This document shows positions 50,598 through 58,568 of a DNA stretch of 64,000 nucleotides, one piece after another. The notes beneath the pieces were generated by a model, which was not told the DNA's origin, searched no databases, and saw only the letters and a list, made by a program, of their open reading frames with translations. The stretch is from a virus. The stretch spans positions 6,348 through 70,347 of IMG/VR virus record IMGVR_UViG_3300009159_000062; one strand, given 5' to 3'. Within the stretch, counting starts at the first letter, position 1; every line of letters begins with the position of its first letter. Made by a program: the position numbers and the translations under genes.

Positions 50598-51285
50598 GTT
50601 GAACCCTCACATAAGGAGCAAGGTAAATTTTACCACCGCTCATTTTCCATAATTTACAAAATTGATAATCTTCCGATAATAGCCTTTCGCTATCGTGATC
50701 AATTATTGCTTGCCAAAAATCATAAATTGGATCTCCAAAAACAATAGACCCCACTTCTTGCTGATCACATCTGTATTGTGGGATATCTTTTTTAATTGTT
50801 TCAAAAACTTTACGAGAGATTAGCATAAGGCCAGTACCCATATAATCAACCTCAACTATGTTTTTTGGATTTTCTCTTAATTTTTCTCTTTGATTAGGGT
50901 TCATGTTTACATTATAAATAGCAGTAAAGTTTTCTAAATCTGGCTTATCCTCTTTTGCAGCCTTTCTAACTCTTTCCCAGTTAATTCCTTTCATTGGCAC
51001 AGCAGCACCAATCAAATCAGCCCCCTCTGAAATCATCTTTATAATTCCGTCTGCTCCAAAACCTTCATCTGCATCAATAAATAAAAGATAGTCGCTATTA
51101 GATCTTAAAAACATTTCAGTTAATAGATTTCGTGCTCGTGTGATTAAAGACTCATTAGCAATATCTATAAAGTTTGCGGTGTGGCCTGAATTTGACAATG
51201 CCTTAACTAATTCAAGAACACTTTTCATGTATACGCCACTGCACATTCCACCGTACATTGGTGTTGCAATTGTAATATGTGCCAT
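50572..51285 (-). CDS. GT-A fold glycosyltransferase-like protein
   Basis: IATPMYGG, ESLITRARN, LFIDAD, GTGLMLI, LSEDYQFC. Confidence 0.75.
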   Translation of the reverse strand: MAHITIATPMYGGMCSGVYMKSVLELVKALSNSGHTANFIDIANESLITRARNLLTEMFLRSNSDYLLFIDADEGFGADGIIKMISEGADLIGAAVPMKGINWERVRKAAKEDKPDLENFTAIYNVNMNPNQREKLRENPKNIVEVDYMGTGLMLISRKVFETIKKDIPQYRCDQQEVGSIVFGDPIYDFWQAIIDHDSERLLSEDYQFCKLWKMSGGKIYLAPYVRVQHVGTYWFK

Positions 51286-51296
51286 ACACTTCCTAT

Positions 51297-51521
51297 CTAT
51301 AGAATGTAGTTACTAAACCCAATAACTTGCAATGGAATTGGCGGTGGATTAGTAGAACTATATCCTTCAACTCCAACATTAATAAACCTTATGCGAAACG
51401 GTAAAACATCATTAATCCTTACAACTCTTGTTTCTGGAACAATCTTTGTAATTGAATAATTCTCTAAAGTTATACTTCTTGTTTTATTAGCACCCTTGTT
51501 GGATAGGACTGCTTTTGCCAT
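51297..51521 (-). CDS. small hypothetical structural protein
   Basis: Coupled ORF. Confidence 0.55.
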   Translation of the reverse strand: MAKAVLSNKGANKTRSITLENYSITKIVPETRVVRINDVLPFRIRFINVGVEGYSSTNPPPIPLQVIGFSNYIL

Positions 51522-51931
51522 TAATCTGTTACATCTTCTAGGATAATCATGCTACCCTGAGCAACTGTCCAAACCTGAAGATTACCAGCAGAGGAAAGTT
51601 GTATGTCAAAGATGTCTCCTGTTTGAAGAGATACTGATTCTGATGCTTCTAGTGAAACTGTAAATTCGCCATCTCCATCATCTGCATCGTGAATTGGTGT
51701 TAATGCCATAATGGTAGTTGCATCATCTGTAATTACCCCCAAATTTTTAGAAAGATTTGGACGTTTAATTTTCATTGTAATTGTCCAATCTGGAATATTC
51801 AATGGTTGTTTAGCATCATCAGTTACGTAAACACGAAATGCAGACGTGTCTCCACGAACCACTGTCCATGTTACTGTTGGAGGCTTATTGCCAACCTCAT
51901 ACTGACCGCTACTACTTCTTGTTGTTGCCAT
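51521..51931 (-). CDS. BppU-N-like structural protein (RGDT family)
   Basis: WTVVRGDTS...FDIQL...WT, similar to 58191..58568 and 56894..57244. Confidence 0.55.
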   Translation of the reverse strand: MATTRSSSGQYEVGNKPPTVTWTVVRGDTSAFRVYVTDDAKQPLNIPDWTITMKIKRPNLSKNLGVITDDATTIMALTPIHDADDGDGEFTVSLEASESVSLQTGDIFDIQLSSAGNLQVWTVAQGSMIILEDVTD

Positions 51932-51947
51932 GATTTAATTATAACAC

Positions 51948-52478
51948 TTAAAGTCCGTTTTTAACAGCACCCCAAGTGGCATTTCCTCCTTTAATTGGTG
52001 ACACTAATAATTTTCCATTGGTTGCGTGGGAATATGCAACCACAGCAATAACGGAAGATCCTGATGCTGGCTTGGTGGTAGTGAGTCCGCCAGATGATCC
52101 AACATATAACTTATCACCCTCATCATAAGAAGAAGTATTGATATTTTCTAAAACTCCAACGGTGACCACAACTCCATCATTTGCGTCTTGCATCGTGGCT
52201 TTTGCCAAACCAATGCATGGAAATGTGTCAATATTGCTTGCTTGAGATTTTGATATGGTGGTCCTGCTGTTTGCATATCCTGTTATATATACAGGAGTTC
52301 CTTTTGTTATTTCTGCCCCGCTAACATTTCTTACGTCTAGAGACAGGTATGGAACCTGCAGAGCAGTTAATAAATCATTAACCTTTTCTGCCAATTCCTG
52401 CATATCAGAGTGAACATTAACAGGATCATCTGATATAGGATATGGTATTTCTTGAGGATTTGTTAAACCAGTAGCCAT
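51948..52478 (-). CDS. structural/decoration protein
   Basis: IPYP..DPVNVHSDM, KGTPVYITG, GDKLYVG..GGLT. Confidence 0.55.
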   Translation of the reverse strand: MATGLTNPQEIPYPISDDPVNVHSDMQELAEKVNDLLTALQVPYLSLDVRNVSGAEITKGTPVYITGYANSRTTISKSQASNIDTFPCIGLAKATMQDANDGVVVTVGVLENINTSSYDEGDKLYVGSSGGLTTTKPASGSSVIAVVAYSHATNGKLLVSPIKGGNATWGAVKNGL

Positions 52479-52511
52479 GATTTTACATTATACCATTAAA
52501 AGTATACCTAC

Positions 52512-52541
52512 TTGACTTTTACCAATTTCACTTGGTATAAT
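52512..52541 (+). promoter_or_regulatory. sigma70/SigA promoter for transglycosylase
   Basis: TTGACT-18 nt-TATAAT with TGG extension, then leader hairpin GACACC-GTAA-GGTGTC and AGGAGG SD. Confidence 0.7.
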
Positions 52542-52589
52542 TAATGTATTGACACCGTAAGGTGTCATTTTGTTCTAGGAGGCACTACT

Positions 52590-53126
52590 ATGACGAAAGA
52601 CGATTTTGTAGTTGGAGGCTTAGCATTTTTAATGGTTGTTTCAACTTTGTTTAATGCAACCAACGCTCAAGCAGTAAAGAAAGAAGAGTTTCTGGCACGG
52701 GTTGCTTCCCAGCAGGCATTGGAGCAAACCTCACACATAGAAATTATGAAAAAATACAAGAATGCCAAATCTTTAAATGAAGAACAATGCAAAGAACTTT
52801 TATCGGCAGTTGGTTTTGAAGGAAAAGCCTTAAAGGTTGCTTGGGCGGTGGCTCAAAAAGAATCAAACTGTAGACCTGTGGCTATAAACAATAACCACAA
52901 TACTGGAGATAACTCTTATGGCATATTCCAAATAAACATGATTGGTGAATTGGGACAGGCTAGACTAGAAAAATTCGATCTTGATTCTAAAAAAGATCTT
53001 CTTGATCCAGTTACAAATGCAAAAATTGCTTTCTATATGACCAATAAAGGGGTAGACTGGTCTTCTTGGACATATTTAGATGGAGAAAGATTTAAACAGT
53101 TATTGCTGGAATACCCGAAATACTAA
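52590..53126 (+). CDS. secreted/anchored lytic transglycosylase (SLT-like)
   Basis: N-terminal hydrophobic segment, AQKES, YGIFQIN, LLDPVTNAKIA, WSSW. Confidence 0.82.
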   Translation: MTKDDFVVGGLAFLMVVSTLFNATNAQAVKKEEFLARVASQQALEQTSHIEIMKKYKNAKSLNEEQCKELLSAVGFEGKALKVAWAVAQKESNCRPVAINNNHNTGDNSYGIFQINMIGELGQARLEKFDLDSKKDLLDPVTNAKIAFYMTNKGVDWSSWTYLDGERFKQLLLEYPKY

Positions 53127-53767
53127 AAATAAGCGATTGCTAGATATTGACTTCCAGTAGTTATTGGGTAAAATTTATGAGACCAGTCACTACCAGATGG
53201 GTAGATGATGACATCTCCTTCGTTAAGAGTTGTTGGATCATTACCAACTCTATCTTTAAATTGAATCTCCCCTCCAGAATAACCGCTGCTTAAGCAAATT
53301 ATTATTGTATTTTCATGTAAGGCGCTATTCCTGCTTTGATCATCAATAAACTCTGAAGCCTTTATATTTTTACATATAGTCCATGGCTTGATCGTCTTTG
53401 CTGTTTGTTCTTTTATTTTTAAATAATCAATAATAAATGGGAAAGCAAAAAAATTTAAAGTGCTTTCTAGTTTTAGTTTTTTTATGTGAAACTCTGACTG
53501 TTTATTCATTATGTCAAAATAAGGGTTAAAAAATGGAGCCTTATTCTTTATTTTTTTTTGAGATTTTAAAAAAACTCTTGTATCTTTTATTGTAAAAATT
53601 TCACTAAAGTCTGTTAAATTAGTATTGTTTATATTTTTTTTAGATGATATTTCCCACATATTTTCTGCACAATCTGAATCTTCTAAATCTTTTAAAATTG
53701 TAAAAAAATCAAACATTGAATTATTTTTATATAACAAAATATCAGTATCTAATTGTATTTTATTCAT
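53123..53767 (-). CDS. prolyl-hydroxylase-type 2OG-Fe(II) oxygenase-fold protein
   Basis: YSGGEIQF...GDVIIYPS...SHKFYPITTG; HxD motif not evident. Confidence 0.6.
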   Translation of the reverse strand: MNKIQLDTDILLYKNNSMFDFFTILKDLEDSDCAENMWEISSKKNINNTNLTDFSEIFTIKDTRVFLKSQKKIKNKAPFFNPYFDIMNKQSEFHIKKLKLESTLNFFAFPFIIDYLKIKEQTAKTIKPWTICKNIKASEFIDDQSRNSALHENTIIICLSSGYSGGEIQFKDRVGNDPTTLNEGDVIIYPSGSDWSHKFYPITTGSQYLAIAYF

Positions 53768-53770
53768 AAG

Positions 53771-54355
53771 TTATCCGATTCCGTTAGCGAGTACTATAAA
53801 ATTTTTTGTAAAATAAAAATGTCCTTCGTTTAATTTTAAAGAGTAGGCCTGGTCAAAAACTGTACGTCCTGGAGGTACAACTGCTTCTGTTTCTGTAAAA
53901 GATGACTCTGTATTTTTTTTTAATATAGAACTACGACTGTAGCCTTTCTGTGTGCCTTTTGCTATCTCGTCAATATTTGCAATAGTAAAAGCAGCAAGAG
54001 CATTTTCTTTATCTTTTATTTTGTTATATTTTGCTTCATAGCCGTCGAATCCTAAATCATTTAATTTTATAGCAATATATTGATTTTTCTGTATTCTATT
54101 TTGATTTACGTATGTAAAATCTGTCATGTTGTTGCTTTCTGCAGAATACAGCGATGCTTCACAGATTTCATATTCATGAACAATTCTATCTCCTGCAATT
54201 ATTTTTGTAAAAATATCAGAAACATCTTCTATCCCATCTTGAGTAACCTTTATAGATAAAACTTTATCTCCCGCATTTAAATCTTGCGGATAAGACAGGC
54301 TTCCATTGCTTAAATATACTTTTTCTGAAAGTGGCAAAGATGAATCGTAAAACAT
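53771..54355 (-). CDS. stand-alone degenerate Hint-like protein
   Basis: SLPLSEKVYLSNGS...DLNAGDKVLS (block A-like) and AYSLKLNEGHFYFTKNFIVLAN (block F/G-like). Start trimmed to MFYD. Confidence 0.5.
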   Translation of the reverse strand: MFYDSSLPLSEKVYLSNGSLSYPQDLNAGDKVLSIKVTQDGIEDVSDIFTKIIAGDRIVHEYEICEASLYSAESNNMTDFTYVNQNRIQKNQYIAIKLNDLGFDGYEAKYNKIKDKENALAAFTIANIDEIAKGTQKGYSRSSILKKNTESSFTETEAVVPPGRTVFDQAYSLKLNEGHFYFTKNFIVLANGIG

Positions 54356-54356
54356 T

Positions 54357-55205
54357 TTACTTGTTATGTACCAAAAGATTACCAGCAATAAACCAATCTT
54401 GTGGTTCACAACTAAATTGATATACATTGTGGGATGTGTCGTCTGTGTCAATAGAAGTTACTGGTAATTCTGTAATTGATCCGTCAAGTCCAATTTTGAT
54501 TAAAACATCTCCAATTGCAACTCCTCCAGCCTCTACAAAAACATAAAATGGATCACCTTTTATAAACATTGGATGATTTAAAGAAAACTTTGAACCAATA
54601 TCTCCATTAAACCAAACAACCTCTTGAACAATAGATGGAACTATAGCCGTAATTTTTGTTACAGAAATTCCTTGACTAGTTAAGGTTGGGATTGCGATAG
54701 ATCTCCAATCTACCTCTGTATAGTCTGTACCGCTTAAAGGAATTTCTTCTATATTGATTGTTGAGATTTCCTGATCTATCTCTATATCTTTGGCTGGAAC
54801 ATCTCCCGTTGGAGTTCTAACTAAAGTATCTTCATGCACGCAAGGGCCAACTACCCATGGAGTAAAGCCAAAAGGTGTAAATCCAAATGGAGTAAAGCCA
54901 AAAGGTGTAAAGCCAAAAGGGGTAAATCCAAAAGGGGTAAATCCAAATGCTCCAAATGGAGCAAAACTAAATGTATAGTTAACCAAATTTACAATTTGGC
55001 CTAATTCTTCAACTGTTCCAGCGGGGATGTCTTGTGACTTAATTTTATTATTTAAATTAGAATCGCCAGTGCCTTCATTTGTTGTATTGTAGTTAAATCC
55101 TAGTCCGCTCAATGTAGACTCTGCTGTAGTTTTATCAACCCCGACTAAATTGGGAATTGAATTTCTACGAAATATTTTATTTCCACGGCCAGGATTTTTT
55201 GCCAT
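54357..55205 (-). CDS. PASTA + (FTPFG)n + C-terminal Hint-domain protein
   Basis: IPNLVG...AESTL...KSQDIPAGT...VNL PASTA, FTPFG repeats, GP|CVHEDT...SLNH...NLLVHNK-stop. Confidence 0.8.
   Translation of the reverse strand: MAKNPGRGNKIFRRNSIPNLVGVDKTTAESTLSGLGFNYNTTNEGTGDSNLNNKIKSQDIPAGTVEELGQIVNLVNYTFSFAPFGAFGFTPFGFTPFGFTPFGFTPFGFTPFGFTPWVVGPCVHEDTLVRTPTGDVPAKDIEIDQEISTINIEEIPLSGTDYTEVDWRSIAIPTLTSQGISVTKITAIVPSIVQEVVWFNGDIGSKFSLNHPMFIKGDPFYVFVEAGGVAIGDVLIKIGLDGSITELPVTSIDTDDTSHNVYQFSCEPQDWFIAGNLLVHNK
54855..54971 (-). repeat. coding tandem repeat FTPFG with synonymously varied codons
   Basis: Read directly. Confidence 0.9.
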
Positions 55206-55825
55206 TATGGAACCATATCTCCCATTGCAAGCCAGGTGTTAGTATCTCGTTTAATTAGTGTGGCACTAGACCATTGAGTTCTTAATTTTAATCCTGGAGT
55301 TGCGTTTATAGTTACCCCACTTGCACCAGCAAGAGTAACTTGTGATGAGCCAGTTTGTAGAATATCTATTGCAGTGCCAATTGGAAATGCCACAGAACTA
55401 TTAAGTGGTACGGTAACGGTTCCACCAGCAGACATTTCAACCATCTTAAAAGAGTCTGCAATTGCCAATGTATATGAAGATGATTGTTGATTAAATGTAT
55501 AAACTGGATCTGTAATTGATTGCCAAGTAGATCCATCATACACTTGTAAATCATTAATTGTGTTGCCAATACTGTCTTGTTTTAAAAATACAACTGTTCC
55601 ATATATTGGTGTCGGAATTGCCACATTTCTAGCAGATGGATTAAGGAAAATATTTAAATTCTTTGCAACAATTACAGAGGAAAAGTTTACTGGACTTGAA
55701 AACTCTTGTGCTGCTGTCCATGTGTACGCTGCTGATGTGTTTACAATTCCTGCAATTGGATACCACTGGCTTGTTGCTTCATCATAAACATATGCTGGTC
55801 TTGCGGTTGGATTAATTGTTGCCAT
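55205..55825 (-). CDS. fibre-associated protein with the same C-terminal adapter domain as 45194..46927
   Basis: SYTL...PLNS.VA(F/Y)P.GT..DILQTG..QVT.AG.SGVT.N.TPGLKLRT.WSS.TL.KR.T..W...GD shared. Confidence 0.7.
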   Translation of the reverse strand: MATINPTARPAYVYDEATSQWYPIAGIVNTSAAYTWTAAQEFSSPVNFSSVIVAKNLNIFLNPSARNVAIPTPIYGTVVFLKQDSIGNTINDLQVYDGSTWQSITDPVYTFNQQSSSYTLAIADSFKMVEMSAGGTVTVPLNSSVAFPIGTAIDILQTGSSQVTLAGASGVTINATPGLKLRTQWSSATLIKRDTNTWLAMGDMVP

Positions 55826-56268
55826 TAGATCACCCTCAAAAAAGTATTAGCACTTACATCATAAACAGACATCTCTAAAGGACTACTTCCCTTTTTAATC
55901 CAAAGCAAGCCATCAACAAGTCCTGATGTTGGCGTAGTGTTTTGATAAATAGATGTGGCAGATAAAGGCATGCCCGTATACTCAGCATCTGTGTTTACCC
56001 ATAAAAAACCATCTACTGGAGATGTTGGCTCTGTATCTTGAACTTCTGCTGCTGCTGCTGGGTTTAATAAATTATCATTAATTTGAGTTTGTAAATCATT
56101 AAGAGTGTAAGCCATAGATGGGTTTGTTAATGATTCTAAGTTGGTATTGTTTACATCATAGGTTGAAGATCCGTAGTGATACAGTCTTAGGGCAGCCTGA
56201 ATGTCTGCGGCATCATCATAGCCAGGTATTTTAGTCGGATATACATTTCCTATATTTTCAGAAGCCAT
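55825..56268 (-). CDS. structural protein
   Basis: TKIPGYDDAADIQAALRLYHYG, two P....DG.LW motifs. Confidence 0.6.
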   Translation of the reverse strand: MASENIGNVYPTKIPGYDDAADIQAALRLYHYGSSTYDVNNTNLESLTNPSMAYTLNDLQTQINDNLLNPAAAAEVQDTEPTSPVDGFLWVNTDAEYTGMPLSATSIYQNTTPTSGLVDGLLWIKKGSSPLEMSVYDVSANTFLRVI

Positions 56269-56291
56269 TATTCACCACCTTGCTCATTATA

Positions 56292-56894
56292 TCACGATTC
56301 CTCTGACGGGTTTAAGACAATTGTAATTAGCATATGCACAGTTACCGTTTCGGATAAACTACTCCAGGTTCCAGCATCTAGTTCTGCTGCTTTTAAAGAT
56401 ATTGAAAGAGTATCGCTACTTGCCCCCACAATTGACACGGCATTTATAGATGATGCGGTTGGATTGGAGTGACCTATAGAAAATTTAATTGAAAAATTTT
56501 CTTCGGTAAGCGGAGTTCCTGTTGTTTCAACTATATCGGCAATTGGAATTAAAATACTTGTTGTTCCGCTAGTAAAAGTTTGTAAAAAATTTCTAGAGTA
56601 TACTGTTGGGTTAATTTTTAAAATTGGAACCCATGTGTTTGTCCCAAGACTTGAAATGTATTGGTACATGTACGAGTACTCTTCGCCAGGGGCATTATTT
56701 ATATATAAATCGTTTAAATATAAGGTTTGGCTAAAAATACTGCCACTAGAAGTAAATAGACTTGGAGAGCCAGTTCCAACAAAAACTTTGCTTCCTCTTA
56801 TACCAGTGGCGCCTATGTCTAGTTGAACATTTACGACTGGTGGTGGTCCAAGAACTGTAATTTCTTCGGTGTTAACTAAAACCTCAACAGCCAT
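56292..56894 (-). CDS. structural protein
   Basis: GATGIRGS...GTGSP...NDLYIN. Confidence 0.6.
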   Translation of the reverse strand: MAVEVLVNTEEITVLGPPPVVNVQLDIGATGIRGSKVFVGTGSPSLFTSSGSIFSQTLYLNDLYINNAPGEEYSYMYQYISSLGTNTWVPILKINPTVYSRNFLQTFTSGTTSILIPIADIVETTGTPLTEENFSIKFSIGHSNPTASSINAVSIVGASSDTLSISLKAAELDAGTWSSLSETVTVHMLITIVLNPSEES

Positions 56895-57244
56895 TAAACT
56901 GCCCCAGTTATATCATCTGTGACAGTGATTGATCCAGTAAGAATTGTAATAATATTTGTAGCGCTTGAGTTAATTTGAACGTCATAAACATAGGTTCCAG
57001 ATGAAAGGGTTCTGCCTACGGCTGGAAGAATTGTACAAACTATTGTGTCATTAGTTATATTAATAATCGCCTGTGCTGTTGTTTTGACTCCAGTAGTTCC
57101 TCTGGCTGTTGCAATTGTATATGCTCCATTTCCAAGGTAACTATCTAACTGAAAGGTTGTTCCATCAGAATTTTTGGGGGATATAACAAACTCATGTGTA
57201 TCACCACGATAGTAATTAAAATTATATGTGCCTGGAAATGCCAT
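56894..57244 (-). CDS. BppU-N-like structural protein (RGDT family)
   Basis: True start MAFPGTYNF after AAGGAG SD; the track's N-terminal extension is the tRNA. Confidence 0.65.
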   Translation of the reverse strand: MAFPGTYNFNYYRGDTHEFVISPKNSDGTTFQLDSYLGNGAYTIATARGTTGVKTTAQAIINITNDTIVCTILPAVGRTLSSGTYVYDVQINSSATNIITILTGSITVTDDITGAV

Positions 57245-57265
57245 GGTTCTCCTTTTGCTTTTGTC

Positions 57266-57336
57266 CTTTGGGTGCGGGAATCGAACCAACATTATCCGCT
57301 TCGGAGGCGGAAGTCCGACCATTAGACGAACCCAAA
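57266..57336 (-). tRNA. tRNA-Arg(CCG), no encoded CCA
   Basis: TTTGGGT/ACCCAAA acceptor stem, D arm GTC-TAATGGTCG-GAC, anticodon arm TCCGC-CTCCGAA-GCGGA, T loop TTCGATT with one T-stem mismatch. Confidence 0.8.
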
Positions 57337-57361
57337 ATTTTAAAGCATTATCATTATACCA

Positions 57362-58084
57362 TTAAGAAACAAAAACTGTGATGCTTTTTACAATCATTTC
57401 TGCAGGAAAGTCTGTCCTAATCTGTGGTTTGGCATAACATTTAAAAGCCTCACTTTCAATATAAAAGGTTTGTGGAATTGAAAAACTATAGGTATTCTGA
57501 TATTTTAAAGTTCCAACGAAGTTAACTGGTCCGTCATTCTTTTTTGTAAAAAATGTCTTTATCCAGACATCTGTGTTGCTAGACTGTGTAGATAACTCCA
57601 CCTCATACAAAACTTCTACTTTTGCACCTACAGACAAACCTAAAAAATTTAAAGATCTAATGTCATTTCCCCAAAGAGAATCTCCCTGTCGTGGAAGAAA
57701 TTTGTTAATTGGGTTTTTACTATCAACGTATAAAGAAACCCACCCATTCTCTCCTTCTGTAATTCCAAGAATAAAAATATCATTTCTGTCATTATAATAT
57801 TTTGCCCAACCAGGCTGTTGTCCAGATAAAGTTATTCCGTCTACACCATCTTTTCCTGGAATTCCTCTTTCTCCCCTTGGCCCAATGTCACCTTTATTTC
57901 CTTTTTCTCCAGTGTCGCCTTTTTCACCCTTCTCTCCTTTTTGGCCCTGTGGTCCTGGGGTTGGGATATGCATTACTTGTGTTATTGGAGTATTGGATGG
58001 ATTGTTTTGCTGTGCCTCAATTACCTGCTGAATATATTTATCTTTACTATCAAATGGGGTTGGGACGCTCTTACTTACAGCCAT
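57362..58084 (-). CDS. collagen-like (GXY) repeat structural protein
   Basis: GPQGQKGEKGEKGDTGEKGNKGDIGPRGERGIPGKDGVDG. Confidence 0.75.
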   Translation of the reverse strand: MAVSKSVPTPFDSKDKYIQQVIEAQQNNPSNTPITQVMHIPTPGPQGQKGEKGEKGDTGEKGNKGDIGPRGERGIPGKDGVDGITLSGQQPGWAKYYNDRNDIFILGITEGENGWVSLYVDSKNPINKFLPRQGDSLWGNDIRSLNFLGLSVGAKVEVLYEVELSTQSSNTDVWIKTFFTKKNDGPVNFVGTLKYQNTYSFSIPQTFYIESEAFKCYAKPQIRTDFPAEMIVKSITVFVS

Positions 58085-58092
58085 CTCTCAGC

Positions 58093-58191
58093 CTACTTCT
58101 TTATTTTTACCGTTTTAGCAGATCCAGATGCAGTTATTTTAATTACGTCTGGCAAATTTGTTTTTACATTACTAACTTTAATGACAGCCAT
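58093..58191 (-). CDS. 32-aa basic microprotein MAVIKVSNVKTNLPDVIKITASGSAKTVKIKK
   Basis: TAATG coupling, exactly fills the intergenic gap. Confidence 0.55.
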   Translation of the reverse strand: MAVIKVSNVKTNLPDVIKITASGSAKTVKIKK

Positions 58192-58568
58192 TATAGTCCC
58201 GCACTAACGTCACCAATTACAGATATTGTTCCTATCACTGGAGTCCAGACTGTTTCATCGATTGTTATTTCTAGGTCAAAACTTAACTCTGCAACTGTTC
58301 CACCATAAGTAGTTCCCCAAAGCGATGTGATTTCTGCGGGAGCAGTAACAATAACATACCCATCAAAAGACTCTACTTCTAATTCATCAAGAATATCCGT
58401 TTTACGGTCATATGCACTAGCAAGAAAACTCCATCCATCGGTGTCTAGACTAGTAGTTTCGTCATCATTTAAAAAATCAACCCTAATCGTAGATGTGTCA
58501 CCACGGACAACATTCCACCTTATAGTAACTGGATCGGCACCAAAAATCTCTGGTTCACAAGAAGACAT
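58191..58568 (-). CDS. BppU-N-like structural protein (RGDT family)
   Basis: WNVVRGDTS...FDLEI...VWTP; leaderless TGGTATAAT promoter. Confidence 0.6.
   Translation of the reverse strand: MSSCEPEIFGADPVTIRWNVVRGDTSTIRVDFLNDDETTSLDTDGWSFLASAYDRKTDILDELEVESFDGYVIVTAPAEITSLWGTTYGGTVAELSFDLEITIDETVWTPVIGTISVIGDVSAGL

Noticed and set aside
43946-54842. Diversity-generating retroelement (Mtd_N-like fibre, two similar regions as TR/VR)
   Set aside because: No reverse transcriptase in the window; differences between the copies look largely synonymous and not adenine-specific, and both are intact CDS parts
43946-55205. Canonical mobile inteins
   Set aside because: Domains are C-terminal, have no +1 Cys/Ser/Thr, no real C-extein and no homing endonuclease
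57245-57322. N-terminal extension of ORF 56894..57322
   Set aside because: Overlaps the tRNA; a good SD precedes ATG 57244. Similar over-long starts were trimmed for dnaE, capsid, primase, 60016 and others.
57266-57336. tRNA as attP/prophage boundary
   Set aside because: No integrase or host genes in the window, and both flanks are phage structural genes
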